Assembly (NCBI GenBank): GCA_964474825.1
Contig: CAYYWQ010000001.1
Location: forward strand, 65,420 to 129,419
Direction: 5' to 3'
Origin: an uncultured Candidatus Saccharibacteria bacterium
Lineage (GTDB): Bacteria > Patescibacteriota > Doudnabacteria > UBA920
DNA length: 64,000 nt
The first letter of the stretch is position 1, and every line of letters begins with the position of its first letter. Shown here piece after piece: positions 1-7,395 of the stretch. A program made the position numbers and the translations under genes. The notes under the pieces are model-generated. The model worked only from the letters and a program-made list of their open reading frames with translations. It was not told the origin of the DNA and made no database searches.

Positions 1-19
1 AAGATTAAAGATTTATGAT

Positions 20-1060
20 TTAAGGTTTCCAATTTAAATTGCCATGGAATTTAACCTGCTTACTTCCTTTTGTTATTGTGCCAATTTCATAAGTATTAAT
101 ATTAAATTTTTGTAAATGGGCTATTGCTTTGGCAGCGAAAGATTTTTTAACAACCGCGGTAATACCGACTCCCATATTAAAAGTTCTAAGCATGTCCTGG
201 TCTTCTAGTTTACCGTAGTTTTTTAAGGTTTTAAATATGGGCAGAATTTTAATTTTTTCCAAATTAATTTCTGCGTTTAAATTTTGAGGCAATATTCTGT
301 TTAAGTTTTCTTTTATGCCGCCTCCGGTAATATGCGCTAAGCCGGTTAATTCAGAATTGCCGAATAGTCCTTTTAAGGAATTATAGTAGCAGCGATGCGG
401 CGTCAAAATGGTTTTTATAAAAGTTTGTCCGTCAACTTTTTCTTTTAAAATTTTTGGACTACCGGCCATAATTTTCCGGACTAAAGAATAACCGTTGGTA
501 TGAAGGCCGCTGGAAGCTAAAGCCAATACTACATCACCATCTTTAATTTTTGAACCGTCTATAATAGAATTCTTTTCTACTACTCCTACAATACTGGCAC
601 TTAAAATATAAGTCCCGGCTTCCACTACGCCAGGCTGTTCCGAAGTTTCTCCTCCGGTTAAAACGCAGCCGTTGTCTTTGCACGCTTTGGCAAGTGAGGA
701 AACAATTTTTACAACAACGTTTTTTTCTATTTTACCGCAAACTATGCAGTCTTGGACAGAAAGGGGAGTGGCGCCCATAACAATGGCGTCATTAATTAAA
801 TGGCCAACTAAGTCCTGGCAAATAGTTTCAACGCTATTGTTTTGCAGGGCAAGTTTTTGTTTGGTGCCGGGCTCCTCGGTTTTAAAAACCAAAACCGGGT
901 TTTTGTACCCGGGAAAAGAGCCGTCAAACAGCGTGGCAAAAGCGCCAACTTTGTTTAGCACTTTGGCGTTATTGGTCTTAAGCGCCTTAGCCATTTGCCG
1001 TTTGGAGTCATTGGCAACGTCTATATTTACTCCGGAAGTTTTGTAAGATAGTTTGGGCAT
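20..1060 (-). CDS. purM: Phosphoribosylformylglycinamidine cyclo-ligase (AIR synthetase)
   Basis: N-terminal YKTSGVNID, GGETSEQPG, SSGLHTNGYSLVRK, AHITGGGI and RTFNMGVG motifs; lies in the pur cluster. Confidence 0.97.
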   Translation of the reverse strand: MPKLSYKTSGVNIDVANDSKRQMAKALKTNNAKVLNKVGAFATLFDGSFPGYKNPVLVFKTEEPGTKQKLALQNNSVETICQDLVGHLINDAIVMGATPLSVQDCIVCGKIEKNVVVKIVSSLAKACKDNGCVLTGGETSEQPGVVEAGTYILSASIVGVVEKNSIIDGSKIKDGDVVLALASSGLHTNGYSLVRKIMAGSPKILKEKVDGQTFIKTILTPHRCYYNSLKGLFGNSELTGLAHITGGGIKENLNRILPQNLNAEINLEKIKILPIFKTLKNYGKLEDQDMLRTFNMGVGITAVVKKSFAAKAIAHLQKFNINTYEIGTITKGSKQVKFHGNLNWKP

Positions 1061-1119
1061 TTAGGCCTTGAATGAATAGTTATTTTATGTTATTATTTTG
1101 CAACCTGGAAGGAGGTAAG

Positions 1120-1395
1120 ATGGTTGGACGGAAGCTGCGAGAAATTGTCGGTTGCATGCGTACAGCGGTGGGGGCTCTCGAAAACGCTTTGAAGTCTCCC
1201 GACTTTTCATCCGAGGATAAAGCGGTAATGGGTGCCGCCTTGGAGGATCAGAGGAGTGCCCTCGCGATGATGAGTTGTCTCGAGGGAAATTGTCGTCATC
1301 GGGAAGGTGGCTCGGAACATAACGCGCCTTGGTGGCCTGTTGTGGAAGCCGAAGGCGACGATGCTCACCTTGCGGCCGATGAACCTGTTGGCTGA
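1120..1395 (+). CDS. Orphan GC-rich hypothetical protein (91 aa), antisense insertion in the pur cluster
   Basis: AGGAGGT SD before ATG at 1120; upstream TTGAAT..TGTTATTAT promoter-like sequence; downstream GGGAGGCT..AGCCTCCC hairpin. 38/60 GC in 1321-1380 versus 20/60 in purM 181-240. Confidence 0.6.
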   Translation: MVGRKLREIVGCMRTAVGALENALKSPDFSSEDKAVMGAALEDQRSALAMMSCLEGNCRHREGGSEHNAPWWPVVEAEGDDAHLAADEPVG

Positions 1396-1444
1396 GACCG
1401 TTTCTATGGGAGGCTTTGGGCACCGCGTTCCGAGCCTCCCTTTC

Positions 1445-1957
1445 TTATTTACTTTCTAAATATTTTTTATAACCCATTTCTTCCAACTTTTTGGCCTTCT
1501 CATTTACTTGGGAAGCCATCTTTTTTTTGTAATCAACTAATTTTGTAGCCACTGTGTCGTCTGCTGTTCCTAAAATCTGCAAAGCCAATAGGCCGGCGTT
1601 TTTGCCGTTGTCTATTCCTACAGTTGCCACAGGAACTCCAGGTGGCATTTGAGCTGTGGAAAGCAGGGAGTCTAAACCGTTTAGCATCCAGTTAATAGGT
1701 ACGCCAATTACCGGCAAGGTGGTGCTGCCGGCCATAACTCCTGCTAAGTGGGCTGCTCCGCCGGCGCTGGCAATTATAACTTTAAGGCCGCGGATAATGG
1801 CAGTGGTCGCGTATTCGTGCGCGCGTTCCGGCGTCCTGTGGGCAGAGCAAACAGTAATTTCAAAGTCTACACCAAACTCTTCCAAAACTTTAGCAGCTTC
1901 CTGCATGGCTTTTAAATCGCTGTCGCTGCCCATTATAATTCCAACTTTTGGGTTCAT
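1445..1957 (-). CDS. purE: N5-CAIR mutase / AIR carboxylase
   Basis: IIMGSDSD, SAHRTP, AGGAAHL and QMPPGVPVATV motifs. Confidence 0.97.
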   Translation of the reverse strand: MNPKVGIIMGSDSDLKAMQEAAKVLEEFGVDFEITVCSAHRTPERAHEYATTAIIRGLKVIIASAGGAAHLAGVMAGSTTLPVIGVPINWMLNGLDSLLSTAQMPPGVPVATVGIDNGKNAGLLALQILGTADDTVATKLVDYKKKMASQVNEKAKKLEEMGYKKYLESK

Positions 1958-2002
1958 ATATAGTAGATTAAAAATTTATGATTTAAGATTAATGTTATTC
2001 TA

Positions 2003-2677
2003 TCATTTATTAAGCTTTTTGATAATTGGGATAAGCTCTTTCATATTGTGAATTAAAAAGTCGGGACGGTGTTTTTTTAAGCGGGCAGCCGTGTTGTAAC
2101 CCCCAGTTATACCCACTGTATAAAATCCATTAGCTTTGCCGATTTCAATTTCTTCTTCTGTGTCGCCAATTGAGACAACCTCTTGGGGTTTAAGTTTATT
2201 TTTTTTAACATAATCACAAAGTTTTTGTTCCTTTCCCCGGCTATGTAGTAGCGAATTGTCTCTCTGTTCCCTGGCTAGTATTGTGGTTATAAAACTATTA
2301 AGTTTTAGTCTGACTAGTTGCCCCATTATTTTAGATTTTATATGGTTGCTGTAAATTATGGATTGGACACTGTTTTTACTAAGCCAACTTAGGGTAACTT
2401 TGCTGCCGGTCCTCGTGCGGCATTTGTCGGCAATCGGTTCATAAAAGTCATGAAAGATTATTTCAATTTGATTAGCGTGCTTTTCAAAAAAGCTTCTTTT
2501 CATTCCCAATGCGGTCCAGTACTGGCTTATGGGAATATGAAAACATTTTTGGAACTCATTTAAAGTAATGGTTCTTTTTATTCCTAATTTTTTTAAGGCA
2601 ATATTATCTGCTTTTACTGAAGCAAAGGTATCGGACAGAAGAGTTCCGTTCCAGTCAAATGCGACGAGTTTAATCAT
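2003..2677 (-). CDS. HAD-family hydrolase (phosphoglycolate phosphatase-like)
   Basis: FDWNGTL motif I and IGDTEEE motif IV. Confidence 0.85.
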   Translation of the reverse strand: MIKLVAFDWNGTLLSDTFASVKADNIALKKLGIKRTITLNEFQKCFHIPISQYWTALGMKRSFFEKHANQIEIIFHDFYEPIADKCRTRTGSKVTLSWLSKNSVQSIIYSNHIKSKIMGQLVRLKLNSFITTILAREQRDNSLLHSRGKEQKLCDYVKKNKLKPQEVVSIGDTEEEIEIGKANGFYTVGITGGYNTAARLKKHRPDFLIHNMKELIPIIKKLNK

Positions 2678-2694
2678 AAAATAGTGTACAGTGA

Positions 2695-3978
2695 TTAGTG
2701 GTTGGTCGGTAGTAAAGATTTGGCACCAATATCTGTGCGGTAATGCGTCCCTTCAAAGCTTATTAGCTTTATTGCTTCATATGCTTTGTTTAGCGCGGAC
2801 TTTAAATCGTCAGCAACAGCAGTAACTCCAAGCACTCTTCCGCCATTTGTTGTTAGTTGATTATTATTCATGGTGGTTCCAGCATGGAAAACTAAAATAT
2901 CATTTAACTTTTCCGCTTCTTCAATTCCTGAAATTGGAAAACCTTTTTCATATTTACCGGGATACCCCCCGCTGGCTAAAGCAATGCAGCAAGCAAATTT
3001 GTTTTCCCATTCTATATTAACTTCCGCCAAACGTCCTTCCACACTGGCTTCTAAAATGTCGAACAAATCTGTTTTTAAAAGGCGCATGTAGCTTTGGGTT
3101 TCCGGGTCACCAAAGCGGCAGTTGAATTCAATAACTTTCGGCCCCTCTTTTGTCATTATAAGTCCGGGGTAAAGCAAGCCAACAAAAGGGGAGCCGTTAT
3201 TTTTTAGTCCTTCCAACGCTGGCTTAACAATATCCGAAGAAACTTTTTCCATAACTTCCTTAGTAACCCAAGGCACAGGCGCAATAGTTCCCATGCCGCC
3301 TGTGTTAGGGCCAAGGCCGTTGTTATTTACAGGTTTATGGTCTTGCGATGGCGGCAAGAGTTTAAAGGTTTTACCGTCAGAAAAAGCGTGGATGGAAAAC
3401 TCCTGGCCTTCTAAAAATTCTTCTATGACCACTTGGTTGCCGCTGTCGCCAAAGATTTTTTTAACCATTACGTCTTCGAGGAATTTTTTTGCTTCATCAA
3501 GCGTTTTGCAAACTGCAACACCCTTGCCTAAAGCCAGGCCCGAAGCTTTTATAACAATTGGCGCCCCGGTTTTTTCTAAATATTTTAGAGCGGATTCATA
3601 ATCACCGAAGCTCTCAAATGTCGCAGTTGGAATTCCCTGTTTTTTCATTAGATCCTTGGCAAAAGTCTTGCTGGCTTCTATTTTCGCGGCGGCCTTGGTT
3701 GGGCCCCAAATTTTAAGGCCCCGTTTTTGGAATTCGTCCACCACGCCCAAAGCAAGGGGATCGTCCTGGCCGACAACTGTAAGGCCAATTTTATTTTTTT
3801 CGGCCCAGTCAGCTAAAGCTACAATGTCGGTTGCTTTAATGTCCACATTCTCGCCAACCTGCGCGGTCCCGGCGTTTCCCGGCGCAATAAAAATTTCCCC
3901 CACCTTAGGGGATTGTTTTAATTTCCAGGCTAACGCATGCTCACGTCCGCCACTGCCAATTATTAGAATCTTGTTCAT
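2695..3978 (-). CDS. purD: Phosphoribosylamine-glycine ligase
   Basis: IGSGGREHAL, NTGGMG, EFNCRFGDPE and GGRVL motifs. Confidence 0.98.
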   Translation of the reverse strand: MNKILIIGSGGREHALAWKLKQSPKVGEIFIAPGNAGTAQVGENVDIKATDIVALADWAEKNKIGLTVVGQDDPLALGVVDEFQKRGLKIWGPTKAAAKIEASKTFAKDLMKKQGIPTATFESFGDYESALKYLEKTGAPIVIKASGLALGKGVAVCKTLDEAKKFLEDVMVKKIFGDSGNQVVIEEFLEGQEFSIHAFSDGKTFKLLPPSQDHKPVNNNGLGPNTGGMGTIAPVPWVTKEVMEKVSSDIVKPALEGLKNNGSPFVGLLYPGLIMTKEGPKVIEFNCRFGDPETQSYMRLLKTDLFDILEASVEGRLAEVNIEWENKFACCIALASGGYPGKYEKGFPISGIEEAEKLNDILVFHAGTTMNNNQLTTNGGRVLGVTAVADDLKSALNKAYEAIKLISFEGTHYRTDIGAKSLLPTNH

Positions 3979-4007
3979 GATTTTATAAAAAATGCAAATG
4001 CTTTTTA

Positions 4008-4274
4008 CTACCTACAGCAACTCATCATACAAAGAACATCGGAGATCTTGCCCATTAGTTTTTCGTTATTTGGACAATTGTAACCCATACTACAGCTAAC
4101 AAGATGTCCGCCTGAGGCTGAGCATTCTTGGGCGGTGAAAAAAGGTAAGGTATCGGCGAAAGATTTATTTTTATTGTTTTCATAACGAGTCCAAGTTATG
4201 AAGGCCAGTACCCCAATGACCAAAACAATTAGTGTCGCTAGTAAAATTCTAAAAAGACTTTTCCCCATGGTCAA
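4008..4274 (-). CDS. Small membrane-anchored Cys-rich hypothetical protein
   Basis: N-terminal TM segment, C-terminal six-Cys domain; start overlaps the purN stop. Confidence 0.6.
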   Translation of the reverse strand: MTMGKSLFRILLATLIVLVIGVLAFITWTRYENNKNKSFADTLPFFTAQECSASGGHLVSCSMGYNCPNNEKLMGKISDVLCMMSCCR

Positions 4275-4876
4275 ATTTCCTCCTTCGTTAATTTTTCCAA
4301 AACCTCAACGTATAACTGGTTTTCTTTTTCCTTTAACCTTTTGTACAAGGTTTCCACAGTGTCGTCAGTTTCAATCTTTTCAAAAGTCTTTCCCAGTACA
4401 GGGCCAAAGTCAAATTCCAAAGTTAAAAAGTGAATGGAAGAGCCGGCGTAAGTTGCTTTTTGGTCTAGGAAGTTTTGGATTGCTTTTTCCGTTAGCATTC
4501 CTTTGTTCCAAAGTCCGAAGCTACCGTCAGCGCATTTTATTGAACTATCGATTGTGTCCGGAATGAGGCCTGGGTGCAGGTTTAATATTTTATTTGGAAA
4601 AGCTAAAATAACTTCGTCTAAAATAATTTGTTTCCAGCCGGCTAGGCAAATGTAGTTGGGGTTTAATTTTTTTAGGAGCGGCAGTAGATCTTCTTTTTTG
4701 GGACAAATTTCAATCGGTAAATTGTTCTCCCGCGCGTGCATGAGTCCGGGAGCATCTTCTTTGTCACAAATTACAGCAGAGATTTCGGCTTTAATTTTTC
4801 CACCTTTAACGCCGTCTAATATAGCTTTAAGGTTTGTACCGGTACCGGCGTTGGAAATAAGGACTGCTATGCGCAT
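4271..4876 (-). CDS. purN: Phosphoribosylglycinamide formyltransferase
   Basis: IAVLIS..GTNLKAI, LAGW, ILNLHP and DFGP motifs. Confidence 0.93.
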   Translation of the reverse strand: MRIAVLISNAGTGTNLKAILDGVKGGKIKAEISAVICDKEDAPGLMHARENNLPIEICPKKEDLLPLLKKLNPNYICLAGWKQIILDEVILAFPNKILNLHPGLIPDTIDSSIKCADGSFGLWNKGMLTEKAIQNFLDQKATYAGSSIHFLTLEFDFGPVLGKTFEKIETDDTVETLYKRLKEKENQLYVEVLEKLTKEEI

Positions 4877-4900
4877 GGTGAATATTTAAAGATTGAAAAA

Positions 4901-6319
4901 TTAAAATAGGACACCAGGGTCTTTTGCTTCGGCGTAAACTGGTTCTTTGACTGTGGCTTTCATTTCTTTTAAATCTATTGGGTACTCACCGGTAAAACAG
5001 GATGTGCAGAGTTGGTCTTCTGGAACGCCAATGGAGTTAATTAAACCAGGAAGAGAAAGATAGTAAAGCGAAGTTGCTCCTAAAAATTCCCTAATTTGTT
5101 CAACGGTTTTGTGGGAACCAATTAGTTTTTCTTGCTTTGGAGTATCGATTCCATAAAAGTCCGGGTACTTAACAGGAGGGGAGCTAACTAGAAAATGCAC
5201 TTCTTTGGCGCCGGCTTCAAAAATCATTTTAACTATTTGCCTACTGGTAGTGCCCCGTACAATAGAGTCGTCTATAATTACCACTCGTTTGTCTTTTAAT
5301 ACTTCGGTTAAAGGTGTGAGTTTTAATTTAACACCCAAGTCCCGGCTGTGCTGTTCGGGCTGAATAAAGGTGCGGTGAATGTAACGGTTTTTTACCAAAG
5401 CCATTTCCATTGGGATTTTTGAAGCTTTGCTGTAGCCGCTGGCAACAGGTACGGCTGTTTCCGGAACCGGCACTATAATGTCGGCTTCTATGGGGCATTC
5501 TTCAAAAAGTTTGGTTCCGCAATTGTGGCGGACCTGGTAAACAGATTGTCCGGAAATGTTGCTGTCGGGTCTGGCAAAATAAACAAATTCAAAAACATCC
5601 ACTTTAGTTTTTGGCTGTTCTATTTGCACGCTTTCAATGCCGGCTTCTGTAACAACAACCATTTCTCCTGGGTTTACTTCGCGTTCAAAGGTGGCGCCAA
5701 CTGTGTGGAAGGCACAAGTTTCAGAAGCAAAAACTACGGCGTCATCTACCTTTCCCATAGCCAGAGGACGAATGCCAAAGGTGTCGCGAACCGCAACTAA
5801 AGTGTCCTTAGTCATTACAGTTAAGCAAAACGCTCCGGTAAACAGCGGGTAGGATTTAAGCACTGCATTTTTTAAACTTTCTCCGTGCTCTATATAATAG
5901 GAAATAGCCTTGGCCATAAGTTCACTGTCGTTACTGTCTTCTGTTGGGATGTCTTTGGCCTCTAAAAATTCTTTAAGTGCTGTAACGGACGGCAAATTAC
6001 CGTTGTGCGCCAAAGCCACCAAGCTATCTTTAGTAATTACCGGTTGCGCGTGTTTTAAATGCGATCCTTCCGAAGTGGAGTAACGGTTGTGGCCAATAGC
6101 AATATGACCTTTTAAATTTTGGATAGTTTCTTCATTATAAACATGTGTAACCAGCCCCATGTTTTTGTAGCAGTCTATTCGGTTTCCATCTGCTGTAGCT
6201 ATTCCGGAAGATTCCTGGCCTCTGTGCTGTAATGCAAAAAGACCATAGAAAGTCAGTCTGCTGACATCTAGATTTTTTCCATAAATTCCAAACACCGCGC
6301 ATTTATGTTTTAGGTCCAT
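4901..6319 (-). CDS. purF: Amidophosphoribosyltransferase
   Basis: Propeptide followed by catalytic Cys (CAVFG), QHRGQES, IDDSIVRGTT PRPP-binding loop. Confidence 0.98.
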   Translation of the reverse strand: MDLKHKCAVFGIYGKNLDVSRLTFYGLFALQHRGQESSGIATADGNRIDCYKNMGLVTHVYNEETIQNLKGHIAIGHNRYSTSEGSHLKHAQPVITKDSLVALAHNGNLPSVTALKEFLEAKDIPTEDSNDSELMAKAISYYIEHGESLKNAVLKSYPLFTGAFCLTVMTKDTLVAVRDTFGIRPLAMGKVDDAVVFASETCAFHTVGATFEREVNPGEMVVVTEAGIESVQIEQPKTKVDVFEFVYFARPDSNISGQSVYQVRHNCGTKLFEECPIEADIIVPVPETAVPVASGYSKASKIPMEMALVKNRYIHRTFIQPEQHSRDLGVKLKLTPLTEVLKDKRVVIIDDSIVRGTTSRQIVKMIFEAGAKEVHFLVSSPPVKYPDFYGIDTPKQEKLIGSHKTVEQIREFLGATSLYYLSLPGLINSIGVPEDQLCTSCFTGEYPIDLKEMKATVKEPVYAEAKDPGVLF

Positions 6320-6323
6320 AATT

Positions 6324-6527
6324 TTATTCTCCTCCCAGTTCAGGATCAGTTTTAGGGAGCTGGTTATCGCTGTAGTATCCTGCTTTCCAATTTACATCTT
6401 CCGGTGTGCCAGCAGGATGCCCACTAACCAGTAGTCTATTTTCTGTTTTAGCCCTGGCGCCTTTAAATTTTGCTTTAGCTGACTTAATTTCTTTTTCTGA
6501 CGGGCCGCCTTCAAATTCCAATGACAT
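6324..6527 (-). CDS. Hypothetical protein (67 aa)
   Basis: Tightly fills the purQ-purF gap on the same strand. Confidence 0.55.
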   Translation of the reverse strand: MSLEFEGGPSEKEIKSAKAKFKGARAKTENRLLVSGHPAGTPEDVNWKAGYYSDNQLPKTDPELGGE

Positions 6528-6528
6528 A

Positions 6529-7299
6529 TTATTTAAAATAATTAATTGCGTTTTTAAATATTTGTAAACCCGGGCCGTTTTTTGGGAAAGGCAAACCCTT
6601 TCTAATCAACTTTTGCTTAATTAACGGCCAGTTTGGTAATTGGGTAAAGAACATGGCGCGTTCTGGGTGGGGCATTATTCCTAGTACTCTTCCATTATAA
6701 CCTGTTATGGCCGCAATATCTAACATTGAGCCGTTGGGGTTGGGGTTTAGGTTTTGGTAATCGCAAATTTCACCTTTTGTGTAGTTGGCAACTATTGCTC
6801 GGTCTTTTTTAAGTTGTTTGATAGTTTTATCATCAGCAAAATATTTTCCTTCGCCATGAGCAATAGGTAACATCAACTTTTTAATTCCGGAAAGCCAAGG
6901 GCTGTGGCCGGAAATTTTTAAATCTACCCAGCGGTCGGTGTAGCGCGCGTTTGTATTTACAGTTAATGCTCCTGGAAGCAGACCGGTGTTGGTAAGAATT
7001 TGGAAGCCGTTGCAAATTCCAATAACCAGTTTGTCTTTGGTTGCGAATTCGTACAAATAATTTTTTAAATGGTTTTTTAGTTTGTTGCCATAAGCTTTGC
7101 CGCTGCCTGTGTCATCACCATAGCTAAAGCCTCCGGGTATGGCCAGGATTTGATATTTCATTAGCTGTTTTTTGTTTGCCACTAAATCGTTAACATGAAC
7201 CATATCGGCCTTGCCTCCAACTAATTCAAAAGCCGCAGCAGTTTCCTGTTCGCAGTTTAGGCCGTAACCAGCTAATACTATTACTTTTGGTTGCTTCAT
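6529..7299 (-). CDS. purQ: FGAM synthase glutaminase subunit
   Basis: PGGFSYGD, GICNGFQ, AHGEG and MPHPER motifs. Confidence 0.97.
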   Translation of the reverse strand: MKQPKVIVLAGYGLNCEQETAAAFELVGGKADMVHVNDLVANKKQLMKYQILAIPGGFSYGDDTGSGKAYGNKLKNHLKNYLYEFATKDKLVIGICNGFQILTNTGLLPGALTVNTNARYTDRWVDLKISGHSPWLSGIKKLMLPIAHGEGKYFADDKTIKQLKKDRAIVANYTKGEICDYQNLNPNPNGSMLDIAAITGYNGRVLGIMPHPERAMFFTQLPNWPLIKQKLIRKGLPFPKNGPGLQIFKNAINYFK

Positions 7300-7395
7300 A
7301 AAGTTTTCTGTCTTTACGAACTACGAATCGGTACTAATATACGAATTCTAGATGTTAGCATTAGTATATTCGTAACAAATTAGTAGTTAGTAAAG

